A stretch of 64,000 bases of DNA from Chiloscyllium plagiosum. Taxonomy: Eukaryota. Below the pieces are notes generated by a model. The model saw only the letters and a list, made by a program, of their open reading frames with translations. It did no database searches and had not been told where the DNA came from. Below are positions 38,490 to 51,513 of the stretch, piece by piece. Location: assembly GCF_004010195.1 (NCBI RefSeq), contig NC_057755.1, positions 12,208,966 through 12,272,965 of the forward strand, written 5' to 3'. Both the position numbers and the translations under genes were made by a program. Numbering within the stretch: position 1 is the first letter of the stretch; each line of letters starts with the position of its first letter.

Positions 38490-41400
38490 ATCACTTTATA
38501 CCTTTCCAGGTTGAATTCAAACTGCCATTTCTCAGCTCAGCTTTGCATCCTGTCAATGTCCCGTTGCAACCTTCAACAGCCCTCCACACTATCCACTAAC
38601 GTTCATTGCCAAACTTACTAATCTACTCTTCCACTTCCTCATCCAAGTCAATTATAAAAATCACAAAAAGCAGAGGTCCCAGGACCTGCAGAACATCACT
38701 GGTTACAGAGCTTCAGGCTGAATGCTTTCCATCTATGACCACCCTCTGTCGTCTATGGGCTAGCCAATTATGTATCCAGACAGACAGGTTTATCTGTATC
38801 TCATGCCTCCTTACATCCTGAGTGAGCCTACCATAGGGCACCTTATCAAATGCCTTGCTAAAATCCATATATACCACATTCACTGCTCTACCTTCTTCAA
38901 TGTGTTTTGTCACATTCTCAAAGAATTCAGTAAGGCTTGCGAGGCATGACCTGCTCTCCACTCCAGCCCCACTCAAAGCCATGCTGGCTATCCTGTCTCT
39001 CAGAATCCTCTCCAATAATTTTCCCACCACCACCATAAGACTGACTGGTCTGTAATTCCCTTTCTTGAATGAGAGAATAACATTTGCCACCTCCAATTAT
39101 CTGGTAGAAATGCAAAGATCATCACCAAAGACTCAGCAATCTCTTCCCTCACTTCCTGTACTAACTTTGGGTGTATCCTGTCTGGCCCAGGGGACTTGTC
39201 TATCTTATTTTTCAAAGCGCCCTCCTCCGCGCCCTGGTCTGTTTTACACAGGATAAAAGCACATTGCTGCGGATGCTGGCCAAAGGGTCGGTTAGACTCA
39301 ACAGCAGCTCTTTTCTCTCCTTACAAATGCTGCCAGAGCTGCTGAGATCTTCCAACATTTTCTCTTTTGGTTTCATTCTGTTTTACACTGCCCTCACAAA
39401 CGACAAGGTCCCTCTCACTAGTGAATACTGAAGCAACGTATTCATTAAGGACCTTGCCTATCTCCTCCAACTCCAGGCACAAGTTTCTCTGATTATCCCT
39501 GATCCCACTATCCTTGATCTGCCCTACCCTCAATCTGGCCTTCATGTTCCTCATGTAAGTGTAGAATGCCTTGAAGTTTTCCTTAATCCTACCTGCCAAG
39601 GCTTTTTCATGCCCCCCTCCTACCTCTCCTAAGTCCATTCTTCATGGCTAACTTGTAACCCTTTAGACCCCTGGCTGATCCTTGCTACGAGAAAGTGAGG
39701 ACTGCAGATGCTGGAGATCAGAACTGAAAAATGTGTTGCTGGAAAAGCGCTGCAGGTCAGGCAGCAAAGGAGCAGGAAATCGACATTTCGGGCATAAGCC
39801 CTTCTTCAGGAATGAGGAGGGTGTGCCAAGCAGGCTAAGATAAAAGGTAGGGAGGAGGGACTTGGGGGAGGGGCGTTGGGAATGCGATAGGTGGAAGGAG
39901 GTTAAGGTGAGGGTGATAGGCCGGAGAGGGGGTGGGGGGCGGAGAGGTCGGGAAGAAGATTGCAGGTCAAGAAGGCGGTGCTGAGTCTGAGGGTTGGGAC
40001 TGAGATAAGGTGGGGGGAGGGGAAATGAGAAAGCTGGAGAAATCTGCATTCTTCCCTTGTGGTTGGAGGGTTCCTAGGCGGAAAATGAGGCGGTCTTCCT
40101 CCGGGTGTCGTGTTGCCATGGTCTGACAATGGAGGAGGCCAAGGACCTGCATGTCCTTGGCAGAGGGGGAGTTGAAGTGTTCAGCCACGAGGCGGTTGGG
40201 TTGGTTGGTCCAGGTGTCCCAGAGGTGTTCTCTGAAACGTTCTGCAGGTAGGCAGCCTCTCTCTCCCCAATGTATAGGAGGCCACATCGGGTGCAGTGGA
40301 TGTAGTAAATGGTGTGTGTGGAGGTGCAGGTGAATTTCTGATGGATATGGAAGGATTCCTTGGCGCCTTGGAGGGAAGTGAGGGGGGAGGTGTGGGCGCA
40401 AGTTTTGCATTTCTTGCGGTTGCAGGGGAAGGTGCCGGGAGTGGATGTTGGGTTGGTGGGGGGTGTGGATCTAACGAGGGAGTCGCGGAGGGAGTGGTCT
40501 TTCCGGAACACTGATAGGGCTGGGGAGGGAAATATATCCTTAGTGGTGGAGTCTGTTTGGAGGTGGCGAAAATGATGACGTATGATACGATGTATCTGGA
40601 GGTTGGTGGGGTGGAAGGTGAGCACCAGTGGGGTTCTGTCCTGGTGGCGATTGGAGGGGCGGGGTTCAAGGACGGATGAGCGGGAAGTGGAGGAGATGCG
40701 GTGGAGAGCATCGTCAACCACGTCTGAGGGGAAATTGCGGTCTTTGAAGAAGGCGGCCATGTGGGTTGTTCGGTATTGGAATTGGTCCTCCTGGGAGCGG
40801 ATGCGGCGAAGGAATTGGGAATATGGGATGGCGTTTTTACAGGGGGCACGGTGGGAGGAGGTGTAATCTAGGTAGCTGTGGGAGTCGGTCGGTTTATAGT
40901 AAACGTCCATGTTGAGTCGGTCATCCGAGAAAGAAATGGAGAGGTCTAGGAAGGGGAGGGAAGAGTCTGAGATGGTCCAGGTAAATTTTGAGGTCGGGGT
41001 GGAAGGTGTTAGTAAAGTGGATGAACTGTTCAACCTCCTCGTGGGAGCACGCGGTAGCGCCGATACAGTCATCGATGTAGCGGAGGAAAAGGTGGGGGGT
41101 GGTGCCAGTGTAGCTGCGAAGATTTGTTCCACATATCCAACAAAGAGGCAGACATAGCTGGGGCCCATGCGGGTGCCCATGGCTACTCCTTTGGTCTGGA
41201 GGAAGTGGGAGGATTGGAAAGAGAAGTTGTTCAGAGTGAGGACCAGTCCAGTCAGTCGAAGGAGGGTGTCAGTGGAAGGGTACTGGATGGTTCGGCGGGA
41301 AAGGAAGAAGCGGAGGGCTTTGAGGCCTTCGTGATGGGGGATGGAGGTGTATAGGGACTGGATGTCCATGGTGAAGATAAGGCGTTGGGGGCCAGGGAAG

Positions 41401-42305
41401 CGCAAATCATGGAGGAGATGGAGGGTGTGGGTGGTGTCCCGAACGTACGTGGGGAGTTCTTGAACTAAGGGGGACAGGACCGTGTCGAGGTATGCAGAGG
41501 TGAGTTCAGTGGGGCAGGAGCAGGCTGAGACGATGGGTCGGCCGGGTCAGTCAGGTTTGTGGATTTTGGGCAGGAGGTAGAAACGGGCAGTGCGGGGTTG
41601 TGGGACTGAGATTGGAGGCGGTGGATGGGAGATCCCCTGAGGTGATGAGGTTACGGATGGTCTGGGAGATGCTGGTTTGGTGGTGGGAGGTGGGGTCATG
41701 GTCAAGAGGGCAGTAGGAGGAGGTGTCCGCGAGCTGGCGTTTAGCTTCAGCAATATAAAGATCGGTGCGCCAAACTACCACCGCGCCTCCCTTGTCTGCC
41801 GGTTTGATGGTGAGGTTGGGGTTGGAGCAGAGGGAGTGGAGGGCTAAGGTTGATCCTTGCTACCTCAACCTTGAGTAAGCTTCTTTTTCCTCTTGACTAG
41901 ATGTTTCACATTTCTTATCATCCAATGTTCCTTCAGCCTGCAATCCCTTCCTTGCCTCAGTGTGACAAACCTATCATGCACTCACAATTGCTCACTAAAC
42001 AACTTCCACATATCTGCTATGTATTTCCCTGAGAATATCTGTTCCCAATTTATGCTCCACAGTTCTTGCCTAATAGCATTGTAATTCCCCCCTCCTTTAA
42101 TTAAGTACTTTTCCATACTGTCTGCTACCCCTCCAAGACTATAGTTAATGGTCAGGGAGTTGGGGTCACTGTCACTGAAATGCTGTCCCACCAAGAGAGC
42201 TGACACCTGACCTGGTTTGTTGCCAAGCACCAAATCCAATATGGCCTCTCCTCTATTCAGTCTATCTACATATTGAGTCAAGAATCCTTCCTGGATACAC
42301 CACGA
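38490..42305 (-). mobile_element. CR1 ORF2 host element interrupted by PLE insertions
   Basis: GNYRPVSL, VYMDFSKAFDKVP, KSPGPDRIHPK, EAILDLVLGN. Confidence 0.85.
39689..41850 (-). mobile_element. Penelope-like element, family A (Neptune-like): 5'-truncated RT, Cys linker, GIY-YIG and 3' terminal repeat; frameshifted
   Basis: ORF 40074..41405 TMDIQSLYTSIP, GVAMGTRMGPSY, FPCNRKKCKTC, IYYIHCTRCGLLYIGE; YIDD in shifted frame; TSD TGATCCTTGCTAC (39676-39688 / 41851-41863). Confidence 0.93.
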
Positions 42306-43682
42306 CACACAGCTCTTCCAATTTTGGCACTTGCCCCCAAATGTTACTCAGGAGGATTTTGCAGAGGTTTTGCTATTGTCGTTTCCAGTGTCTAGGTAAA
42401 TACCAAAGGTCGGTCTGTTTATATTTCCTTGTTGTGACTTTGTGGCAGTTGATACTGACTGGCTTGTGAGGCCATTTCAGAGGGTTTTTAAGAGTTAACC
42501 ATTTAACTCCAGACCCACAGTAATATGTAGGCCAGACCAGGTGAGACAGTTGGCAGTGGTTTCATGGTCTTCATTCGAATCTTAATTCCATACATTTAGT
42601 GAATTCAAATTCCACCATCTACCAGGCGGGATTTGAACCTGTTGCCCAGAATAGAAATGAATGGTCTAGGGATTATGCCACAAGAACGCCTCTTCTGTAC
42701 TGCTTAGATCTCGTGAAGCTAAATTGCAAATATCTGATTATTGCATTGGTGAAATAAATAGAGTGGAGAATAAAATCTTTATGGAAAATGTCATTTATAT
42801 TTCAAACTACATTTCAGAAAATGTACTGAATTCAGACCCAGGCTGTGTTGGTGGCAGAGAACATTGGGGATGTATTGGAATGTATTGATCACAGTGTTTC
42901 TAACTATTGCAAAGTGGCAGATGTATTTCCCCATTGGAGGAGGACTCAGCCACTCCAAATCCACTAACCTGACCTCCATAATGGGGTGAGTGTACACTAA
43001 CCAGATGTTTCTGCAAAGAAATTCTGGAAACACTCATTAAGTCGAGCTGCATCGGTGAGTAAAGCAGATTCCATGTTTCAGTTCCAAGGTCTTTCATCAG
43101 AGCTGGGAACTTTTAGTAACGTAATAGGTTTTGTGGAGGTAAAATGGGGGAAGGCTGAATAAAAGGGGAGCTATATGCTATCACAGTCTTGAGTTTTCCA
43201 AGTATTTGTTTACCTCATGTGCTGGGCTGACTCCTGCACAAAAGAAACAGTGCTGCATATTGAAAGTATGAACTACTTGGGTCAGATAGAATTGATGAAG
43301 GGTCCAAGATTACCTAGTGATTCATACCTAGTCAATATATAATGTGGGATGGAACAAGTTAAGAAGCTTCAATTCCACATAAACTTTGCTGAACTCTCCA
43401 GTGCTCTGTTCAGAAAGTGGGCTCAATTTTAGGTTAAAACCAGATCAACACCTTGCTGAAGTTTCTTAGCTCTGGAGTGATTAATAATATCGTTTGGTCA
43501 TTGGGATTACCTGTGGAGCAGCATATGTCTGCTGATCACAGTCCCTAGTTTTGAGAAAGTAGTGTGACTGTTTTCTGCAGAATATTTCTCAAAGCAGCAG
43601 TATCTTTGGGAGTGGTAGAAAAGTTATCAGCAGTGCTGTGTAAAGTCAGCTCATGCATTCAAACTCTTTGTTTGTGTTTAAG

Positions 43683-43825
43683 GTGAATCTATTCCGATCA
43701 GGCTCTTCCTGGCAGGCTATGATCTGACCCCAACAATGAGGGATGTCAACAAGAAATTTTCTGTGCGCTACTTTTTAAATCTCGTTCTAGTCGATGAAGA
43801 AGATAGACGGTATTTTAAGCAGCAG
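43683..43825 (+). CDS. VPS26A: VPS26A exon 8 equivalent, (G)ESIPIRLFLAGYDLTPTMRDVNKKFSVRYFLNLVLVDEEDRRYFKQQ
   Basis: tgtgtttaAG / GTATGT, 143 bp, conserved GESIPIRLFL and RRYFKQQ motifs. Confidence 0.97.
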
Positions 43826-44244
43826 GTATGTAAATCGATCAGCCCCCCTATTTGAGTAATGCACTGAGAGACTCAGCCTTTATATATAAATTGGGGTCAA
43901 TCATTAATTATGTGTATCCAGGTTTTAGACACTGATATAATTCCAAGTTGAGATGATGAGTAGCTTGGAAATGAAGGTATTTCCTCATCCATTTAGTTGG
44001 TTTGAGGGTTGATGCTGTGACACCCTTGTTTAATTGCTGCGGTGTTTTTTTTCAGTGCATACTGTGGCCACGGTTGTTATCTTCATGATGTATCTCTTGT
44101 ACTTGAAGTGCTTTTTGAAACCGCATCTCCCCAGAGAATTCTGAGGATAGCCAAGATACGTGTTTAGTAAATATTTGTGCTGGCTGATCTTAATAGCCTG
44201 TTTCACCAAGTGTTCCTCTTGGATCAAAACTCCAGCAGTTCTTA

Positions 44245-45260
44245 CATAGAAAATAGGAGCAAGGTTAGGCCACTTAGCCATTCGAGCCTGCTCCGCCATT
44301 CATTATGGTCATAGCTGATCATCCAACTCAATAGTCTGTTCCTGCTTTTCTCCCATATTTGATCACTTTAGCTCTAGTGCCATATCCAACTCCTCCCTGA
44401 AGTCATACAATATTTTGGCTTCATCTGCTTTTTGTAGTAGTTACTTCCACAGGCTAACCATTCTCCAGGTGAAGAAAGTTCTCATCTCAGCCCAAAATGG
44501 TTTACCTTGTATCCTTAGACTGGGACCTCTGGTTCTGGACTCCCCTGTCATCAGGAACATCCTTCTTGCATTTATCATGTTTAGTTCTGTTAGAATGTTA
44601 TAGGTTTCTGAGATTCTCACTCACTCATCTGAACTTCAGTGAATATAATCCTAACAACCTCTCCTTTTATGTCAGTTCTGCCATTCCAGGAATTGATCTG
44701 GTCAGCTTTTGCAGCACCCCATCTACAGCAAGTGATTCCTTCCTCAGATAAGAAGTTCAAAACTGTACACAATATTCCAGGTGTGGTCGCACCAAGGCCC
44801 TGTATAATTGCAGCAAATCTATCCTTGCTGCTGTATTCAAATCCAGTTGCTATGAAGGTTAACACAGACCATTTGCCTTTTGTACCTGCATGCTTGCTTT
44901 CAGTGACTGGTGTACAAAGACAGGCAGCTCTTATTACAATCTGTTGCTGCCTTGTATTGCTCGATCTACTTCATCTATCTTGCATTTGTCCACTCACTCA
45001 ATTTGTCCAAATTACACTGAAGCACCTCTGTATCCTTCACATAGTTCACCCTCCCACCCTTTGTGCTTTCTGGAAACATTGAGATATTACATTTAGTTTC
45101 CTTTCTAAATCCTTATTATTATAAATTGTGATTAGCTTGAGTTTTAGCAGTGATCCCCTGTGGTATCTGACTCATCACTGCCTGCTATTTGGAAAATACC
45201 TGTTTATTCCTACTCTTCTTGTTTCCTCTCTACCAACCAGTTTTCTATCCATTTCAGCAA
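44245..45260 (-). mobile_element. Decayed CR1 3' half
   Basis: ORF 44617..44865 MLTFIATGFEYSSKD; similar to other CR1 tails. Confidence 0.7.
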
Positions 45261-45856
45261 CAGTCAAAAGTAGAGTTCTACTTTCCATGTCCAATCCTTA
45301 GATTTTAGCTTTCCACTGAATTTCCAAATGTTTGGAGCCATTTTTTCCCCTCTGCCTCCTACAAGATATTCCGATATCACCAGAACCTATGAACTTGTTC
45401 AGTTTGTTATGTGAATATCCTCCAAGGCCATTGCACGTTCAGTTTTCAAAATCACATTCTCTGAAATTTGAGGTCCTATCAGTTTCTTCTTACGCTTTTA
45501 TTGTGCCTTTTCCAACCTTGGAATGTTTAAGTACTTTGTATAGAATCAAATACTTTAAAAGAATAGTTACTGCTGTAATAAAGAAAACATGGCAGTCAAC
45601 TTGTGCACAGGAAATTCCAACTAAACAACACATGGTGATAAAGACCAGATTTTGTGATGTTGAGATATGAATATTGGCACAAGATTGTAGAACTATCTGT
45701 GATTAGTCTGTCTCTCTGTCTGGGTTTATGCTGAGTGGATGGTTGAATGGACAGATGACTGTGCATGCTACCAGCTAGTTATAATCAAAGAAAAAAGTAA
45801 GCAGTGAAAATACAGGATTGAGCCCATTCAATTGCCTTGTTCTCATTCCTTAACAG

Positions 45857-45967
45857 GAGATTGTACTGTGGAGGAAAGCTCCTGAGAAGTTGAGAAAACG
45901 GACTAATTTCCATCAACGTTTGGAATCACCTGAGCCACAGGCCTCCGCTCAGCAGCCTGAAATATAA
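45857..45967 (+). CDS. VPS26A: VPS26A last coding exon, EIVLWRKAPEKLRKRTNFHQRLESPEPQASAQQPEI*
   Basis: taacAG acceptor, TAA stop at 45965-45967; tail resembles VPS26A rather than VPS26B. Confidence 0.95.
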   Translation, partial: EIVLWRKAPEKLRKRTNFHQRLESPEPQASAQQPEI

Positions 45968-46481
45968 GGGAAAGAGTAAGCGGGGTGATGGTCCCTTTCA
46001 GAGTTGCCACAGACATTGTCACTGTGTACAATCCCATGATTTCTTTGTGATATTAAACTTTCTGCAGATCACTAACGGTTTCTTAAACACTGGAACTCTA
46101 AAGCTAGCTTTTTATACTGCACATTTTGCAATTTTTGTTCAAATTTGTGCACTAAAAATCTACACTGAGCAAGATGTTGGTTTGTTGGTTCTGTATGTAC
46201 TTGTGTGTGGAAGTGGATTTATTTAAGCCTGGGAATTGCATTTGTTGTACAGATGCTTAATCGGTTCAGAATAGATTCCACTTCCTCCATTTAAAGCATA
46301 CAGGTTAATGCTTGTTGATGAGAAGGGATGTCAGGAGTGTATGTTTATTATTTGTATATTTCCGGCTGGTTACAGATTTGAAATTTGGTGATAGCCTTGT
46401 ATATTTTTTGTTGTTGCTTTGTATAAATACATGGCACGTTCCAACTCCTAGCAGTGCTCCAAGTAGCAACACAAGTTCTAT

Positions 46482-46484
<3 letters not shown>

Positions 46485-46522
<38 letters not shown>
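46485..46522 (+). repeat. (CT)19 microsatellite in the probable VPS26A 3' UTR
   Basis: Perfect dinucleotide run. Confidence 0.95.
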
Positions 46523-46526
<4 letters not shown>

Positions 46527-46816
46527 TGAAGACAGCAGGGTGGGTTCAACTGTGTCCAGAGCCTAGTCTTTATCACCCTGCATCCCTTTCCCCAACACAC
46601 TCAAACATGCTGGGGACTTCCAGCTCATTTACTGAGGAGTAGGCATTGTTCTGGGGCCTGTATTCTGATCCATGTGGAAATGCAATTACTGACTGTACCC
46701 GCACAATGTAGGAGTAGAGTGTCCTGTCTCCCAACATATTCCTGTAAAGTGCCTGAGAACAGTTTAAAGCCAGTTAATGCCAAATATTTTCCTGCATGTC
46801 TGTGTCTGATATGAAA

Positions 46817-46896
46817 AATAAATGGCAATATTTTAAGTACTGTTATTTCAGATGTATTATACCATCTTTGAAATGTACCTCTGTATATTCAATAAA
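46817..46896 (+). terminator. Candidate VPS26A polyadenylation signals, AATAAA at 46817-46822 and 46891-46896
   Basis: Two AATAAA hexamers ~0.9 kb after the stop codon, at the end of a repeat-poor AT-rich 3' UTR. Confidence 0.6.
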
Positions 46897-49800
46897 GTCT
46901 TTGCCAGTGTATCCTATTACACTTGAATTCAAACCTATTACATCTGTCTACAGTGAACCCAGTGACTGGTAGTACTGGCACAACATGCAGTATAAATGCA
47001 CAATCTGTCAGACCAGATGATTACTTATAACAGGATATTTAGTTCTGGAAGGCAGGGCTGATGAATCTTTTCCCAATATTTGTGTAATTTCCAGCAGGGG
47101 TCACTAGACAACAGATCTGTAACAGGAGTCTTGTCTGATTTTTCTCCTCAATTCAAACAAATTGACCAACATTGTGAATTGTTAGAATGACACCTTATTC
47201 AACAAATCTGCCACAGATCCAGAATACTTCAATGACCAACAGTAACTGTTGAAGCTGGAGATGGTTTAATCTTAGGATAATCTTGGGGATCCTTGCCTGA
47301 ATTCTTGGCACTCCCTCAGCTAGTGGATATTATATAAAATGTTGATTTGTAATCTATGTTAAATAAGAAGGAGGTTGCTTGTGGGGGGATACTGGTTCCA
47401 AAATTGCAAGTACTTTTGAAATAAGGGAAAACAAATCTACTGCCTGTGGGATTGGGCTGGTGCCCGGGTCCATTGTCAATTGTAAGGAACACCTTGTGAA
47501 GAAAGAAATTGGAAGAGGAAATTCAAACCTGATTGGAAAAACAATTACCAGAAAGGATGCACTTTCCCATTATATGCTTCCTGAATTCACAGAAACATTT
47601 CCTGACGTATGAACTTCTGTGATCCTAACAAGAGAGGCAGGAGTGGTAAGTTGTGGTTCTTGGAAGTGAGGGAAATTTGATCTGGATTTTCTTGGTTTTG
47701 GATTTCTTTTTGGAGTGTGAGAACTGGATTCTCTTTCTATTTTGGGAGTTGAGGTTTTGAAGGTTTGTGCTTTTTGCTGTTTTGGGGGTTTGAACATTTT
47801 GCTGCTTTTTGTGATTTCTTGTACATTTTTTTGGGAGGGGTTTAGATGTTTGAAATTTTATGGGAAAACCTGGGGCTCAGGGTTGTGGGAGTTTTGAATG
47901 AGGGAATTTGGGACTTGGGGGTCTTGGGCATTTTGGAGGTGAGGAGGGGCTTGGAGTTTTTTCTGGGCTTGGACTTTGGAAGTTATGAGGATTTTTTTGT
48001 TTCTGATTTTTGGGGGTGGGCTGGCAGTTTGGGAGAGAAGGGATCTTTGGGTATTGTGGAGCTGCTAAAGGTTTTGAATGATGTGCGTTTGATGGTGTTT
48101 GGAAAGCTTGGAGTTTTTATGATATTAATGGAATTATTAAACTGAAGAGGCTCTGAGCATAATATACTTGGATTTTCAGTAGGCTTTTAATGAAGTTGGT
48201 TAGCAAAATTAAAGCTAACCAGGCTAACAGGCAGATATAGTAGAAATAAATGCGTTATTTTTGTATTGGCAGGGTGTGATGAGTAGAATACCACAGTTTC
48301 AGTACTTGGGACCCCAGCTGTTCACAGTAAATTACAAGGTATTGATACCTTTTTTGGATTCTTCCTCCCCTCCCCTTCCCTCCAACTCTATTCCTTCTTC
48401 AAATCATATCCCTTGCCTTGCATTCACTGTATACCCTCTGACCTTCTTTCAATGCTGAACAATCAGCAAAGGACTTTGTTTTATCCCTTTAGGACCCCAT
48501 TTCAATACATTTCAGGCACAACCTAACATTGAACTCTTCATTTGTCACCTTAGTCTTTATGCCCAATTCCTTGGACAGGAATCCATTCTCGACAAAACAG
48601 ATTGTTTCATCTGTCTCCAATACTCCCCACTCCAACTGGACCCCTGCATCTGGCCATTACTTCCACTTGATCTCTTCATCAACAACTGCAAATGAGACAT
48701 CAGCTGCCTTTATTTCTCCACTTCCTTCCCTCACTCTAAGCTTTTTCTCTCATTTGGTGCATTCTACTCCCTCAGTTCAAACCCTAACTTTATCAAACAT
48801 ATTCAGAAGGATGGTACTGTTGTTGTTTGGTATGCTTACCTCTATGTGGCAGAGGCTGAGTGCCAACTCTCAGACACTTCATTTTCTCTCTCTCCCTGGA
48901 TCATGATCACCACTGAACATCAGCCAGGACTGTCACTGACCACCTCTCATGTGGCGATCTCCCCTCCCCAGTGTCCCACCCTAACCCTACATGGCCTGCT
49001 TCTACCTCTTTCCCAAAATCCACAAATAGGACTGCTCTGGCAGACCCACTGTTACAGCTTGTTCTTGCCCCATTGAACTTATTTCTTCCTATCTTAATTG
49101 CATTTCCCCTCCCCTCCAAATGTCCAACTTGCTCAATCTTTCCCATAACATTTGTGATTTAATCTGATGCCTTACATCAGTTGCAAAATTGCCCATTTCA
49201 TTTTTGTAGCTGCCTCTTTACTGTGGATATACAGGCTCTCAATCCATCAATTCTCCCATCCTGATAGTTGATAGCTCTCCACCTCTTCCTTGAAAATAGG
49301 CCTGTACAGCACCCATCCACCATCATCCTCCTTTACCTGCTGAGTACATCATCACTTTGAACTTCCCCTTTAATTCATCTCACTTTCTCTAGATAAATGG
49401 TGTAGCCAGTTATATGCACGTGGGCTCTAGCTATGCTTATCTCTTCTTTGTGTGGTATATGTGGAACATACGTTGTTCCAGTCCTCCTTAGAACTCCACT
49501 ACACCATCTTAACGTAACAATATCATCTTTGGTGCTGCTTCTGGTTTGCAATTTCCATCCTCTCACTTTCACTTGGTCCATCTATGACTCTTCTCTCCCT
49601 TTTAACTTCTGTTTCCATTTCTGGGGATCTATCAATATCCATTACAATCTCCTGACACCCACTGCTAACTGATGACACCACCTCTCCCCTGTTTCCTGGA
49701 AACATTCCATTCCATTCTCCCAGTTTTTCCATCTACATCACATTTGTTCTGATGATGCTTCCACCAGAGTGCCTCTTCAACTGAGGACTCCCCCATTGTG

Positions 49801-50191
49801 GCAACGAAGTTCAGTTGTGTCCTACCCATCTCCTGCAGTTCTGCCCTTGTCACTTTACCCTTCCTCCCAGAATAACAATGAAGTTCCCTTTGTCCTATCT
49901 TTCCATTCCTCTAGTCTGCATTCAAAGCATCATCCTTCACCATTTCCACTAGGTCCCACAGGATGCCACCACCAAGCACATTTTCCCCTCCCTCCTACCA
50001 GCAGCATTTCACAGACACTGTTCTCTCTGTGGTACAGTGGGCCACTCCATCATTCCTCATTCCTTCATGGCAGGAGAAAGTGAGGTCTGCAGATGCTGGA
50101 GATCAGAGCTGAAAATGTGTTGCTGGAAAAGCGCAGCAGGTCAGGCAGCATCCAGGGAACAGGAGAATCGACGTTTCGGGTATAAGCCTGT

Positions 50192-50227
50192 CTTCCTGAA
50201 GAAGGGCTTATGCCCGAAACGTCGATT
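50192..50227 (+). ncRNA. Minimal hammerhead ribozyme motif, PLE family A
   Basis: TTC-CTGAAGA-A-GGGC-TTAT-GCCC-GAAAC-GTC-GAT. Confidence 0.6.
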
Positions 50228-50510
50228 CTCCTGTTCCCTGAATGCTGCCTGACCTGCGCTTTTCCAGCAACACATTTTCATTCCTTCATGGCACTTTGCC
50301 TTGCAATCACTGAAGGCTTACAACTTACCCTTTCACCACCTTGCCGCCCAAGGTCCAAGCATACCCTCCAGGTAAAGCAGTATTTACTTGTAATTATTTC
50401 AATCTAGTCTATTGTAGTCATGATTTGGAGATGCCGGTGTTGGACTGGGGTGTACAAAGTTAAAAATCACACAACACCAGGTTATAGTCCAACAGATTTA
50501 ATTGGAAGCA

Positions 50511-50545
50511 CACTAGCTTTCGGAGCGACGCTCCTTCATCAGGTG
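50511..50545 (-). ncRNA. Minimal hammerhead ribozyme motif, family B (inverted twin of 50816-50850)
   Basis: Exact reverse complement of the plus-strand copy. Confidence 0.7.
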
Positions 50546-50815
50546 ATTGTAGAGGGCTCGATCGTAACAGAGTTTATAGCAAAAATTTGCAGTGTGATGT
50601 AACTGAAATTATATATTGAAAAATTGATTGTTAAGCCTTTTATCTGTTAGAATACAGTGATAGTTTCACTTCTTTTACACATGAAAGAAGTGAAACTATC
50701 ACTGTATTCTAACAGATGAAAGGCTTAACAGACAATCAATTCTTCAATGTATAATTTCAGTTACATCGCACTGCAAAGTTTTGCTATAAATTGTTACGAT
50801 CGAGCCCTCCACAAT

Positions 50816-50850
50816 CACCTGATGAAGGAGCGTCGCTCCGAAAGCTAGTG
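50816..50850 (+). ncRNA. Minimal hammerhead ribozyme motif, PLE family B
   Basis: CAC-CTGATGA-A-GGAGC-GTC-GCTCC-GAAAG-CTA-GTG; stem I CAC/GTG, 5 bp stem II, palindromic AGCT stem III. Confidence 0.7.
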
Positions 50851-51473
50851 TGCTTCCAATTAAACCTGTTGGACTATAACCTGGTGTTGTGTGATTTTAA
50901 CTTAGTCTATTGTATTCACTGCTCATAACACAGTCTCCTTTACATTGGTGAAACTAATGCAGATTAGTTGACCACTGTAACTCAACTCATTAGGTCATTC
51001 TTATGAATGAAGTGTTGAGAAGATTTGTAGCTCGGGTTGAGATTCTGGAAGTAAGTTTGCTTGCTGAGCTGGAAGGTTCATTTTTAGACGTTACATCATC
51101 GTAATGTCATCAGTGAACCTCCGATGAGCACTCATATCCCACTTTCTATTTGTGTTTAGGTTTCCTAGAGTTGATGTCATTTCCTGTTCTTTTTCTCAGA
51201 AGGTGATAGTTGGCATCCAAGTTGATGTGTTTGTTGAGTGTTCCAGTTGGAATGCCATGCTTCTAGGAATTCTTGTGCTTGTCTCTGTTTGGCATGTCCT
51301 AGGATGGATGTGTTATCCCAGTCAATATGAAGTCCTTCCTCATCTGTATGTTAAGGATACTAGTGATAGTGGGGACACTTTTTGAGAAAAAACAGGAAAT
51401 GACATTACCAACCCAAAGAAACCTAAATACAAAAATAGAAAGCGGGACATAACATCAACACTTCACCAAAGGC

Positions 51474-51513
51474 TCACTGATGATGTGACCTAGTATGGTG
51501 ATGAAACGTCTGA
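51474..51513 (+). ncRNA. Minimal hammerhead ribozyme motif, PLE family C (another decayed copy at 20294-20331)
   Basis: TCA-CTGATGA-T-GTGACC-TAGTAT-GGTGAT-GAAAC-GTC-TGA; stem II partly eroded. Confidence 0.55.

Larger units (their letters stand above)
50417..50903. mobile_element. Non-autonomous fold-back PLE derivative, family B, with ~220 bp inverted arms
   Basis: 50457-50675 is near reverse complement of 50684-50903; TSD TAGTCTATTGTA (50405-50416 / 50903-50914). Confidence 0.85.

Noticed and set aside
40074..41405. 443 aa ORF as an intact PLE polyprotein
   Set aside because: Compensating frameshifts remove YIDD from this frame and scramble the endonuclease end; element is 5' truncated
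43070..43105. Minus-strand CTGATGA...GAAAC motif, plus similar relics near 22330, 52460 and 62880
   Set aside because: Probably a fifth, older PLE end family, but stems and cleavage triplet are too eroded to call ribozymes
47379..48145. ORFs 47379..47612, 47570..47797 and 47846..48145 as an unknown gene or Gypsy remnant
   Set aside because: Mostly products of the G/T-skewed low-complexity tract; a faint FPDV...TR resemblance to Gypsy pol is too weak without a search
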